Positions 12,712 through 25,229 of a stretch of 64,000 bases of DNA are shown piece by piece. The notes under the pieces are model-generated. The model saw nothing but the letters and a program-made list of their open reading frames with translations. It had not been told where the DNA came from and ran no database searches. The translations under genes and the position numbers were made by a program. The DNA is taken from NCBI GenBank assembly GCA_036785375.1, contig JAWMAR010000531.1, positions 930,001-994,000 on the forward strand, given 5' to 3'. Each line of letters starts with the position of its first letter. Position 1 is the stretch's first letter. The DNA comes from Leucoraja ocellata (lineage: Eukaryota).

Positions 12712-13628
12712 GACCAAATGCATGTCTTCTCCCCCAACGCACCCGTTCCAGACCCCGAAAAGTTCAGAGTGTTTCAATGTAGCTGATCACTGCGAGCTGA
12801 GCCATTGTGACGTCATCAGTTGAAGCTGGTCTTTTAAAATTGTTTTAAACTTTAATCAGTAATGTTGAGAAATAAAGCATAAAATGTTCAGAGAAGGTGC
12901 TCTCTGCCTAGAGGGGAAAAATATGAATCGGAATATGTAAAAATCTTGTGAAAGTTGGCATTTTTTTAAGCTTTAATCACGAATAACGTGAAATATAGGA
13001 TGAAATATTCAGTGAAGTTGATCACTGCCAACCGAGCTACTGTGACGCCATCAGCGAAAGCTGGTCATTTAAAATTCAAAGTCTTTTGATGTTTTTAAAC
13101 TTTTACTTTTAATCAGTAATAAGGAGAAATAAAGCATAAAATGTTCAGTTAAGGTGATCGAGGGAAAAAATGTCAATCAGAATATGTAAAAATGTAAAAA
13201 AGAAATGGTTCCAAGACCTGGTGAGGGTGGAGGAAATATACGAAGTTGGTATATCCCTTTTAGCTCTTTTAAAAAAAACTTTTAACATATTTTCTGTTTT
13301 CTTTGTCTCTTTTTCCTTTTCTATGGCTTACTTCTTAACTTTTTTTACCCAATTCTTCGTGTCTAAGGGTCTTTTTTTGATCACTCTTTCACACACTCAC
13401 TATCCTATCTCATTTTCTTTACTTTTCTGCTTTATAAAGTTTAAAATATGAAGTGGTACAAGAAATGTATTATGTTATTTTTGGCTTATATTATTGTAAT
13501 GTACACAACTTCTAATAAATAAAATTATATTAAAAAAAAAGAATATGTAAAAATGTTATCGTTACGCGTAGTGTTTTCGAGAAGATCTAAAGACACCCAC
13601 ATATACAAACACACATACACACTAACAA
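12712..13628. mobile_element. Unclassified non-autonomous repeat with internal ~240-bp duplication, ending in CA-rich run at the gap
   Basis: tgatcactgc...tgtgacg(t/c)catcag...gagaaataaagcataaaatgttcag occurs twice (about 12785 and 13020). Confidence 0.45.
13196..13539 (+). mobile_element. 5'-truncated L1-type retro-insertion with 17-bp TSD
   Basis: AGAATATGTAAAAATGT at 13179-13195 and 13540-13556; T-rich body, AATAAA 13514, A-tail. Confidence 0.75.
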
Positions 13629-13958
13629 NNNNNNNNNNNNNNNNNNNNNNNNNNNNNNNNNNNNNNNNNNNNNNNNNNNNNNNNNNNNNNNNNNNNNNNN
13701 NNNNNNNNNNNNNNNNNNNNNNNNNNNNNNNNNNNNNNNNNNNNNNNNNNNNNNNNNNNNNNNNNNNNNNNNNNNNNNNNNNNNNNNNNNNNNNNNNNNN
13801 NNNNNNNNNNNNNNNNNNNNNNNNNNNNNNNNNNNNNNNNNNNNNNNNNNNNNNNNNNNNNNNNNNNNNNNNNNNNNNNNNNNNNNNNNNNNNNNNNNNN
13901 NNNNNNNNNNNNNNNNNNNNNNNNNNNNNNNNNNNNNNNNNNNNNNNNNNNNNNNNNN
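13629..13958. other. Assembly gap (330 N)
   Basis: N run. Confidence 1.
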
Positions 13959-15855
13959 AATGGGCTTCTTCTCTTGCTCATTTAAACGACCTATAAATAA
14001 TATCGAAGTTGCTGCTTAGAATGTGCAATATTTTGAAATAACTGACATCTGAGAATGTTTCTTCTTTAGGTTCGCGATATATGGTTTATTGGCCACAGTC
14101 ACTGCCTCTCTGAGGAGTGGGGAACTCCCGAAAGCCATCTGTTCATAGTTAAGCTGGTGATGATTTATTGACAACCTACCGATAAATAACTAAAGTGAAA
14201 ATAGTATGCAAACACTGTTGTTATATTTAGCAAAAAGATATCCGGTTTCAGTTTTTTCATTGGTGTCAAATATACCACAGACGTAATGGGCACTATTCAG
14301 CACGGGTAAACAAATTCGGAGCTATAAGAAGACAAATACATAAATGTACCCTACATATTTTATTTTGTGACTAAGCTAGTGTAGTCCTGACATTTTGTCT
14401 TTAATATTGCAGTAGTTTATATATTTCACTCCCAGTACAAGAGCAAAGCTGTGTTATTCCCACCGAATCATCCTCTTATTTTCCATCCCCAATCATATCA
14501 GTAACAGCGAACAGTAAGCAATGTATGTAACGTAAAACATATATTTGCTGTTGTGAATGGTATTTAAGCTGCTGCTGAGTATCCCTTTCATTTTGCTGAC
14601 TTTTTTTTCCAGATTTCCTGCATCAGCACTGGATTGTGACAAAGATTTTCACAAACATCCCAAAGTACACACAAATTGTGCTTTTGTTTATAAATTGTAG
14701 CCCAGTGCAAATTCAATTACTGGATTTATGGTGAATGGAGTGGCTGTTGGAGGATGATGCCCAGAGGAGATTTAACTGTTATGAAGCAGAAACAGTGCGG
14801 AAAAATTTTCAACCCTATTTTGAATTAGATATCCACATTTGGAGCAATGTAATGCAAACAATCATGGTTACATTTGTCTATTGAGCTATAGCAGTTTATT
14901 TGTTACACGCTTTCGCTCTTCATATGTGATTTCTGCATTGGCATTCCTCCTTCATTTTGTGTTTTCGTACTGAATGTTAGACATCGCGAAATCATGATTC
15001 GCCACAGTGTGCAGAGTTTAATAACTTGGGCTCACAGCCCAACAATTAGTGTGCTAAGATTCTATTTAGTATTGATTAGAATTATGTGTCTGAAGTTCCT
15101 GGGAAAGCTGAACATAGACAAATGATTTGAAGCATCCAAGGGGGGCATTGAGACAGAGACATTGACAATCCTGTTCTTTTTGATACATTGCAGGAAAGCA
15201 TCAGACTGTGCAACAAACCTACTAACCCAGCATCTTTAGGAGCACACATTGTGTATTACAGGAGCGCTAATATTTTCGACATGTCGAAGTACAGTGCCAT
15301 TTGCGGAGGTTAATTTCAAACCAATTGTATTTTCAAGAAGGAAAGCACAGCAATATTGGAATGTTGGTAAAGCATGTTAATCCTTATCCTTCCCGGATTT
15401 TGGTTGATTAATGTGGCAATGTGAAACACCGTATCAATCAAATCATGATCAGCAGTATGGGTAGTTTTTGGAAGTCTTGCAATCATTTGAGAATAAACTT
15501 GAGAATCTGTTCTATTGTTGCAAAATCTCACAGAAAATATAGAAACACTTTTTAGCCACATGTAGCATCTACCTATGTAATCGAACATGGTGGATATCAG
15601 TTTTTACCAAGCCATATATTCATCAGATATCATCTACTATCCTTATAAGACGATTTTTGTACAGTTGGCTTAGTTGTTCAATTCTTTATTGCTATCTTCA
15701 TCATATTTTTCATTTGATTTGATCCCCAGTATTGTGTTTAATGCAATGTTTTGCTTGTTGCTTTCCTTTCTTTATCTCCCCCATCCTTCATAATGTATTT
15801 CCTTGTTTGCTTGCATTCATCAGATGCTTCGGTGGTTTTCAGCGATCATCTAGAC

Positions 15856-16226
15856 CAGGGGTGGGGAATCTGTGGCCTTAAGGCCGCATGCGGCCTTCTA
15901 AGCCATTAAGCGCGGCCTTTAGAATGAATTCAAATTTTGTAAAACAAATCTTTTTATTATTATTAATATGTTTTTGTTCCTCTTATATTATTTTAATTTA
16001 AATCTTAAAATGAACATATTTAAAATACCAAAGAGTAAAAGAAGTTTCAACGAAATAATCCTCCCCGACTGATGGCCACAATTAAAACATCAGTAAGTCA
16101 TGAGGGCTATTTTAACAAAAAATGTACATTTTGAAGCATATCTAATTGAAGTTTCTTGGATGCGGCCTTATTAGATTACAGCTAACTTAATGCGGCATTC
16201 CACCATGAAAAGGTTCCCCACCCCTG
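15856..16226. mobile_element. hAT (Charlie-like) MITE
   Basis: TIR CAGGGGTGGGGAA...TTCCCCACCCCTG, perfect 8-bp TSD ATCTAGAC (15848-15855, 16227-16234), repeated subterminal GCGGCC. Confidence 0.92.
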
Positions 16227-18224
16227 ATCTAGACCTTCTGCTGAATTATGCTCAATGGTATTTACAAATGTCCACAATTTCATTGTTCCTGACATTGCAG
16301 TGCCATGTAAACTGTTATTGACATACTTTGACAGGAATTAGTTTCAGCGACTTATTGCTGTAAGTGTGGAAGGGTGTCGTCTGATTTGAATCAGAAATAG
16401 TCTTGCTGTAATTTGAACATTCTGCATATATCCAGATTTCTTACATGTACTTGGCTTCTTTCCATCTTTCCAATGGATTCATAATAAAAACATTGGTTAG
16501 ATTCATTCCTTGTACTTTTCGCTGTCATTCAACAAATATACATTATGTGCCTTGCAAGGCTAATGCTGTTTATCTTTCTTGAGCCCCATTGTCCAAACCT
16601 GACAGCGGTTATCCATTTGCAGCATCAGACACTGTGTACATAGGAGAATTAGTTCTTCATTGTTACGTCATCCTCTTGTCGCAAAGCTCAAAATTGTACT
16701 CAAGGTTTGAATCAGCTTTCATTCATGCATGAACTTCTATATAGCGTTTGCTGCCTCTCGCACAATCTGCAGGGCCCATATATGTTCTTCACTATTCCAA
16801 TCTTTCGGTAATCAAGTTCTGAACAATAATGTGTCAACTTTCACAAACACTTGGGGGTTTAGAATAGCTAGGATTTTGAAATGCATTTCAGGGATTTATC
16901 ACCAAGATATTTACATCGATGAGATGAGACGAATCAAGGAAGATGGAAAACATGCCCTGGAAAATATTAGCATATTATTCTAATGTGATAATCTTTGGAG
17001 CGAGAAGCTTCATCAGATCCTGTACATGAACTTTATTTTTCTCTCCATGGAAGTTGCTTGATAGCAGAGTTTCTGAATAGTCCTAATCCATTTTTGTATC
17101 ACCTTATGCCCTTACTTGCCAGATACGTGCCTATTCTCCACCTATCTGCATTCGCATGTAGCCTCCCTTTGTCGTCTTCAGAGCTTTGGCTGATTAGACA
17201 GCAAGCTTAAAAACATAATGTAGGTGCCTTATCCGAATCACCTATGTAAACTAATTGACTGCACACCATTATAACTGAAGAAAATGGACAATCGTCTACA
17301 TTATAATACAATTGGGAGAATTAACTAACTGGACAAGTTCACAGATTTGATTTTAGCAGGAAAAGAAGAAATTCATGTCCGCGGGTTGACATTTGACATT
17401 TGAAAGGGCTGTGGCACGAAATTTAATATTTACAATCACAGTTCACGTGGTCACATTTAGTCATATCTGGTCAATAACGCGATGAGCTAAATGAGCCTAC
17501 AATAATACCCACTATATGCCCACTAAGAATGGAAAAACTTACATGTTTCCTTTTCCAATTTAAAACAATCCTTTACTCAATTATCTCTGGATCCTTCATC
17601 CTCATCTGCAATAAGTGCCAGGACGCTTGCCATTCTGATCGGACAATACTGGTGGTCTCTGCTGCTTTCCTTCATCCCATTAAACCAAACTTCCTCTCCT
17701 TTTCATCTCTAGCCTTTGCTAAATTTGGACCCCGTCCACCTAAGCCTCCTGGATCTCCCAGTTGCTAAAACATTATGCTCCATCTCCAGGTCCTTTACTG
17801 ATGTTTCTGTCCTAGGCCTCCTGTATTTCCAGAGTGAACAGGCAAAATAGAACTGCGCCTCATATTCCACTGGGGTTGCTTGCAACCTAACGGAAGATAG
17901 ACACAAAAAGCTAGAGTAACTCAGCAGGTCAGACATCATCTCTGAGGAAAAGGGGTGTCGGGCCAAGACCTTTCTTCAGACTGAGAGTCAGGGGAAAGGG
18001 AAACTAGAAAGATAGACGATGATAGTGGAGGTTTTTGTCAGTCTCCCTACCTGCTTCCATGACCTGCAACGTCCGGCAACCACCTGCAAAGTCTCCAGAG
18101 GTTTCCGTTCAGGTTTCCTAAGTGGGACAGGGGCATTACAGACAGTGAAACTCACCAGGAAGACAGTGAAACTAGTACAACAACTGGGTTGGGGGTATGA
18201 ATTGTCCAATTTTGAGTTATCCCT

Positions 18225-18490
18225 TACTTTTTTCACCCAGAGAGTTGTGAATTTGTGGAATTCCCTCCCACAGAGGACAGTGAAGGCCAAGGCACTGGAT
18301 GGATTTAAGAGAGAGTTGTGTAGAGCTCTAGCGGCTAGTGTAGTCAAGGGATATGGGGAGAAGGCAGGCGCGGGTTATTGATAGGGGACGATCAGCCATG
18401 ATCACAATGAATGGTGGTGCTGGCTCGAAGGGCCGAATGGCCTCATCCTGCACCAATTTTCCATGTTTCAGTGTTTCTATGCTTCTATAA
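18225..18490 (+). mobile_element. CR1-like LINE 3' end
   Basis: FFTQRVVNLWNSLP..GYGEKAG then tttctatg-type tail. Confidence 0.85.
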
Positions 18491-20235
18491 CTTTGCTCTC
18501 GTGTCTGGCGGTTTCGCTCAAATGTTCTGAAATGTAGCTGATGTAATATGCCTTTGTGCCATTGGATGGAAATGTTATACCATTTACACATGTTGTTGTA
18601 TCGTGAGCGACCAGAGGGAAATTTGCATTAGTACTTGACATTAGTTGCATGATAAAGTCATTGTGTGGCTCTGCCAAAAAAACTGTTTCGTTCAAATAAT
18701 TGCCCTGGATTTTCCTGAATGCGGTTTGACTCTGATCTTTAATGCTTGTCATCTCCATCGATAGAGTGAGTGCACCTTCTGAAAAGAAGACGAGTGCGGT
18801 GCCTGATTGCAAAGAAAGTCTGCTGATGTAATACATCTGAAATAGTAATGGCACATATCGACTAAGGCAGAATCTATGGAGAAAGCGACAGGGTTAATGG
18901 TTTACGCTGATGATCTTTCGCCAAAACTTAAAAAAAAGAAAACACACATATTTTGAATTGCAGCAAAGTGGGTTGAGGGGGGATATCAGTAAAATATGTG
19001 GAACGGGGAGGGGACCAGGAGATATGGATGAGGCTGATATGTGTCGATGAAAATAAAGTGAAGAAGCCTTGCGAGGGGCGACAGACCTACTGGAGGAAGT
19101 TTAAATAGTCATAGAAAGTTACAAGGCAGAAGCACCACCGAATCTGCCTTAGTCCACATCCACCTATTTAGACTAATGTACATGAATCCGATTTCTGTTC
19201 GCTCCACATTCTCAACTGTACATATGAGTACATAGGAGGAGAATGAACTTCAAAATTGTGTAAAATCATGATTATACAGAGGCCGGAATCTATCTACTTC
19301 CGCCTTCCAAAATATATGGAAGAAATTGAGAGGGAAACCAATGCCTCATCCCTGACAGGAATGGATGCCACCTCCCCCCCCCCCCCCCCCCCCCCCCCAA
19401 TCTCCCATCCCCCCATCCCCCACCCCACCCTCCGTTAATATTAAGCAGTATCCTGACCTCTAGATACAGTATTTCTAATTTTAAAGGAGATGTGCGGAGC
19501 AATGTTTATACGCAGAGGGTGGTAAGTGCTTGGAACGCGCAGTCGTGGGTGGAGCAGTCGTGAAGTAGATACATTAGTGACGTTTAAAATGACTTTTGGG
19601 TAGGCGTATTGACAGTTTCTTGCACAATTCAACTGGAATAAATGGAATCATAATAATTTCCATTCATAAACTTCACTGAAATAAATTGCAAAACCCGCCT
19701 CCAGATGTGTCATCTATTACAACTGTAAAAAAAACTCACTACATCTGAAAGTCTCCAATATTTTTTAATAATCATATGATATTAAAGGAAACACGCGATG
19801 AAACGTTTTACTCAAATGGCTCAGTTGGCGTTCCTGTGCCGCGTTTTCTCAGAGCGGATTACTCTCTGAATGTAAATGCAGCCAAATGTCCAGCTAACAT
19901 GGTTGGTGGAACTTGGTGGTGTAGTTTGTGACTTCCGCATACAATGTAATGTCCAAAAACGTCACGGAACTGATCAGCAGCGATATCAACCATTTAGCCA
20001 GTACCAATTCAAGGACAAGATGCGTTGAACTGAAAGAGTACCATTCCAAGTCACGCGTGCCTTCTGTTTTCATTCAATCGCCCAGCAAAGAAAAATAGCA
20101 TTGTGTTAACTTTTTAATTACTTGGTACCTGCATTATATTCTTTGGTGTATCATGGACATCCCTAATCGTTTTCACACAATAATTATTTATTGAATAGAG
20201 TCTGAGGAGACAAAATGGTGCAGTATTGTTTTGTC

Positions 20236-21100
20236 AAGAAAGCGAATGGTATGTTAACATTCATAGCCAAAGGATTTGAGTATAGGATGAGGGAGGTTCT
20301 ACTGCAGTTGTACAGGGTCTTGGTGAGACCACACCTGGAGTATTGCGTACAGTTTTGGTCTCGTAATCTGAGGAAATACATTCTTGCCATGAGGGAGTAC
20401 AGAGAATGTTCACCAGACTGATTCCTGGGATGGCAGGACTTTCATATAAAGAAAGACTGGATAGACTCGGCTTGTACTCGCTAGAATTTAGAAGATTGAG
20501 GGGGATCTTATAGGAACTTACAAAATTCTTAAGGGGTTAGACAGGCTAGATGCAGGAAGATTATTCCCGATGTTGGGGAAGTCCAGAACAAGGGGGTCAC
20601 AGTTTAAGGATAAGGGGAAGTCTTTTAGGACCGAAATGAGAACATCATTTTTACACAGAGAGTGGTGGAATCTGTGGAATTCCTCTTGCCACAGAAGGTA
20701 GTTGAGGCCAGTTCATTGGCTATATTTAAGAGGGAGTTAGATGTGGCCCTTGTGGCTAAAGGGATCAGGGGGTATGGAGAGAAGCAGGTACAGGATACTG
20801 AGTTGGATGATCAGCCATGATCATATTGAATAGCGGTGCAGGCTCGAAGGCCGAATGGCCTACTCCTGCACCTATTTTTCTATGTTTTCTATGTGCCTAT
20901 CCACTCCTCAGAATGACCTCACGGGCCAGACTGGTTTAAGAAATTGTTAGACATGTACATTGATCGGACAGGTTTGGAGGGATATGGACCAAGCGCAGGC
21001 AAGCGGGACTAGTGTAGCTGAGGCCTTGTTAGCTGGTGTGGGCAAGTTGGGCCGAAGGGCCTGTTCCACACTGTAGCCTTCTATGACTCTATGACTCAGT
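20236..21100 (+). mobile_element. CR1-like LINE 3' portion plus a second CR1 tail
   Basis: KKANGML.FIAKGFEYR..VLLQLYRVLVRPHLEYCVQFWS; ctatgttt and ctatgact tails. Confidence 0.88.
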
Positions 21101-22151
21101 TTTCTAAACTCTGTAATTTCTCGACAATTATCTCAGCCTACCCAATTGCGCCAATTTAACTCCAAAGTTTCCAAGTGTCCTTATTTCCTGATTTGTTGTT
21201 TTACCCACTCAGAAATATGTTTCACTATATTATCGCCCACAATGATAAATCCTTCAATGGGCCTTTTGTTTTCTCAAATGCGTTTCATGGATTTATCGTG
21301 TTTTCATGTAATTGTGCAAAACGCAATTGTCTTTCACATATCTTCATTGCAATGATACTCCGCGTCTTCTTTTCCCTCTCCATCAATCTGTCCCGAACAT
21401 TTCGAGTTGACAATTGAAGTATTAATGCTTTCGGTCCTATGGCGATGAATACGGAAATGGCGAGAGCGTCCTCTGAATTGTGTTAGCTCGTCACACAGTA
21501 TTATAACCTACAAATATACATATACACATTGAGAACTGTTTTGAAGCTTAAACTCTCCAAGCACAAAGTATATGATGGTTTGCCGCAAAGCTTATGCGGC
21601 GCCATCGAAAACCTGCACGATTCATAGCATGTTATCTGTATGGGTAACAACTGCAAAGAAAATAATGGTTTATAAAGTTTCCACAAATTAAGGCTAAAAT
21701 TAATTTCAAAAATCTTCGTAAAATCTTCAACGTTTTTTTTTTCACTCCTTCCAGCTCGGAATCAAAAATACGAAGTTGAAAATTGGAAATCTGAAACAAA
21801 AACAGTATTTGGAGGTGACACTCGGTAGCATCTGTGAAGAGCTGGTTTCTTTGGTTCTGGTGAAGCTTTATTGACTTAACAAAAGGTCACGTCCTTTTTC
21901 CCTTCACGTGTATTCTCTGAGGTGTTGAGCATCCCTAGTATTTTCTGTTCTGCACAAAATATATCCGCCTGCCTAACCACTGACTACATAGCAGTTCCTA
22001 CATCTGGCCATGCAGTTTGCTATGCTTCTGTTCTCCTCTATGATTCTAGCGACCCCCCCCCCCCCCCTCCGCCCTCTACCCTACGCCCAAGCACAGAAAA
22101 AAGCCCGATGATTTGTCAATATCGCTCCACAATGATCCAGTAATTCGATGT

Positions 22152-22172
22152 CACGTGGATAGTGATTTGCAT
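22152..22172 (+). promoter_or_regulatory. IgL cluster 2 promoter: E-box plus octamer
   Basis: CACGTG 22152-22157, ATTTGCAT 22165-22172; same 7-nt spacing as cluster 1. Confidence 0.9.
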
Positions 22173-22294
22173 GAATAATTAAAACTCGGTGACGTTGTGA
22201 TGTCGAGGAGTTCTTAAGGGGAGATTTCTCAAGAACCAGAAACGGACCTCTGTCGGAAAACGTTTAGATTCTGACCCTCGCCACCTCCTTCACC

Positions 22295-22343
22295 ATGTCT
22301 GAATGGATTCGCGTTCTGGCCGCGTTCGTGTTCTGCTTCCATA
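22295..22343 (+). CDS. IGL: Ig light chain cluster 2, leader exon (MSEWIRVLAAFVFCFH)
   Basis: caccATG Kozak context; donor GTAAGT at 22344. Confidence 0.9.
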
Positions 22344-22431
22344 GTAAGTAGAAAACCTAATCACCAGGCAGCTGCTCTTGCATTCTACTGATAGATTGTA
22401 TGTTACGAATATTAATTTGTTATTTCACCAG

Positions 22432-22764
22432 CTTCAATCGCAGAGAGTTTGGTGACGCAGGACCCTATGTCCATCTCGACTTCTCCGGGGGAAACGGTCA
22501 AGATGACTTGTACCCTCTCAGGAGACCAGATGAGCAGCTACGTCACTAGCTGGTATTGGCAAAAGACCGGCAGCGCCCCGGTCCTTGTGTGGTATGAGAC
22601 CACCAGAGCTTCTGGAATTCCAGATCGATTCACCGGTACCGTGGATGATCCGAACAATATAATGCACCTGACCATCACCAACCTGCGAGCTGAAGATGTC
22701 GCCGATTATTACTGTTTAGTTGGAACTATTGCCTTCGGGAAAGGAACCAAATTGAATCTAAGCA
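22432..22764 (+). CDS. IGLV: Ig light chain cluster 2, germline-joined VJ exon (type II/lambda), intact, very short CDR3
   Basis: ESLVTQDP...C...WYWQKTG...DYYC LVGTIA FGKGTKL; 333 nt in frame; GTAAGT at 22765. Confidence 0.93.
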
Positions 22765-24123
22765 GTAAGTACAATAATGACTACCTGAAAATTAGCACAA
22801 GGCAACATCCGCTTTCACTTTGATCCGATTTTTAAAGCGCTCTACAAGTTGTCCTCCAATTCTTGCGATATTACGGGCGAATTAAGTCGGTGGCTTTAAA
22901 TTGAAATTTCTGCCAGTTTAATGTATTCACGCAGGATATGTGAGTAGCCGCGAGTGAGAGATAGAGAAAGTCAAACGCGAAGGTCACCTCCTGTTAGTTC
23001 AAGTTGGGGGAAATAAACGAGCAGGTGGGAGCGTCAGCGACAAGGCAGCATCTATGGAGACACAGAGCTGTTCCACATTTCAGGTTGAGTCTCTGCATTG
23101 GGACAAGGTATAACGAGGCCTCTGCAGATGGTTCTGAGTTCCTCCACCAGTTTATTTTTGTTTTGCAGCATTTGCAGCATCTGCCATCGCTCATGCCTCC
23201 GTGTTTAAAATCTTGGAGCGGGCGGACGAATCACTTATTAAGCTGATCTTCTCATCAAGCGTTTCAGCCTTGAGAAGAGAAGGGAATGGTTAAGCGTGGA
23301 TGTAACAAAAGCATGCGTGATAGATTAAAAAGTCACTTAGCTGAGTGAGTGTGGAAAGCATCACTGACGCGGAGACGAAAATAGAGAATTGTTGGTTCCG
23401 CCAGTGCAATATCGGCCTATTTCGCGTTTGTTATTCCCGAATCTTTCTCTTTCTATATTCTACATACTCGATAGTATGGAAATCTCCGTTATCGCGTCAT
23501 GCTGATGTACACTTGTTCATGTCTAAGTAACTACTCGATTAAAAAAATCTCATTTTGTTATCACAGTTGTGGGATGGTTCTCTAATCTCAGGAAAATCTG
23601 AGGCGTTGGCTTTCTCTAAAATTGGTCTCTTAATAGTCAACATTATTGTCACCATGAAGATCAAAACTCAGGATTACCCCTCAAGCATCTCATGCTTCCT
23701 ATCTCCCTTTTCATCCTTAACATGCTCATGAAATCTATCTCTTTGCCTAATAGCTTTCCCCTCCCCGTTTGTTATTCTACGTGAATGGTCTGACTGTGTT
23801 TAACAATGCCTTATGAGGCATTTTGCTGTGACTTTCGACGAGAAAATAAATTTCGAATTAACTTCCGAGCCGAAACTCATTTCCAGTAAATACAAAAAAC
23901 ACAATTATAAAATCTGCAAACGCCGCTATTTTATTCACACTAAACACCTTCGTGAGCATTTTCTGATTGACACTGCAGGGGCTGGTATATCACTCACTTT
24001 CGTTAACTTTTATGCGAATATCTTTGTATTTGGCAAGTTGTTCAGTCCAATATAACTGAACATGTTGATACTGTCGCGATAGAAATAATGTTTGGCTGCA
24101 TTAGTTTGGAATATGGTACGTCG

Positions 24124-24161
<38 letters not shown>

Positions 24162-24172
24162 TATATAAATAT
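24124..24172. repeat. (TA)n microsatellite in the J-C intron of cluster 2
   Basis: Direct observation. Confidence 0.95.
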
Positions 24173-25229
24173 ATCGAAGTAAGTATTTTGTGCAATATTT
24201 ACATTTTTAAAATATTTATATCTTCAAATCTACCATTGGTAAGGAGTCAATGAAGTATTGTATTAGACTTTTGAAGGGCTGACGAAAAGCTGACATTGCG
24301 AACTGTTCATTATTTCAATCGCGCTGGATATTTCAATCAAAAATCTTCCTTTATTCTGGACCATGCGGGCAAAATGGAATTAGTGACTTGAGTTTGAGGT
24401 TGACACGGATTGTGCTTTCAACCTTCCATACGATAAAATTAAAGATCCGTGCTTATTCAGGAGCTTTTCAAAATGAATCAGCTGCGACTGTAGCGGTTGC
24501 AGCGGTTAGTAATATTTACACGTGCACTGTGTGAACTGTTCGAAGTGTGTTTTAAGACAGCAATAGAAGGGCAATACCGAAAACTAGATGTTGAAATCCT
24601 GAATGAAACGCAAAGTGCTCAGCACTTTGGTAAGCGGGTCAGCGGGTCAGCGGGTCAGCGGGTCAGGCAGCATCTGAGAAGGGTTCATTAAATTGTTGCG
24701 GAAAGCAATCGGCATTGATCACAGAGAAATATTTTGAGTTTGGCGGCTAATCTCCAAATCTCGCCGCATTTAATTTCAAGGGTGGAATGAAATGGACCGA
24801 AGCATTTCTTTGTAAGACTCCCGCTTTAATTAATGTTGATTCCTCTGACCGACCCCATCTTCCCCCACCCCTACTCAGTCGCCCAGTTTACATCAAGATT
24901 GTCCGAATTACATTTTCAACCACGAGGATGTAAATAGGATAAGCATTTAATGGAACACAACGTATTTACGGGAGTGTCTCTTTCCAAAATATCTACCAAA
25001 AATCATTGATTTATTCTTACATTTGTGAATTGTTTCCAGACCTTTGGACAAACTGTAGTAATGATCTTCTGTTGCACAGACATTTTCACGTGTTTGCAAA
25101 ATTAGATTAATTGTAAAGTAGTGGAAATAAAAACATAATACACGGTGTCAGGAGTAGACTACCCAATACTTCCAGTTGGATCCGAAGATACTCCATTCAT
25201 ATTAATCCTAAACGGCCTGAAAGATATTC

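Noticed and set aside
13553-13996. ORFs spanning N runs (also 44961-45509)
   Set aside because: Artefacts of assembly gaps
15003-15040. CACAGTG heptamers (also near 33286, 39683, 47198) as possible RSS
   Set aside because: No ACAAAAACC-like nonamer at 12/23 spacing and not next to V or J ends
14000-17200. Non-repetitive-looking DNA that might be a decayed gene or a sixth cluster
   Set aside because: The parts I translated by hand showed frequent stops and no Ig or other recognisable motif; needs BLASTX
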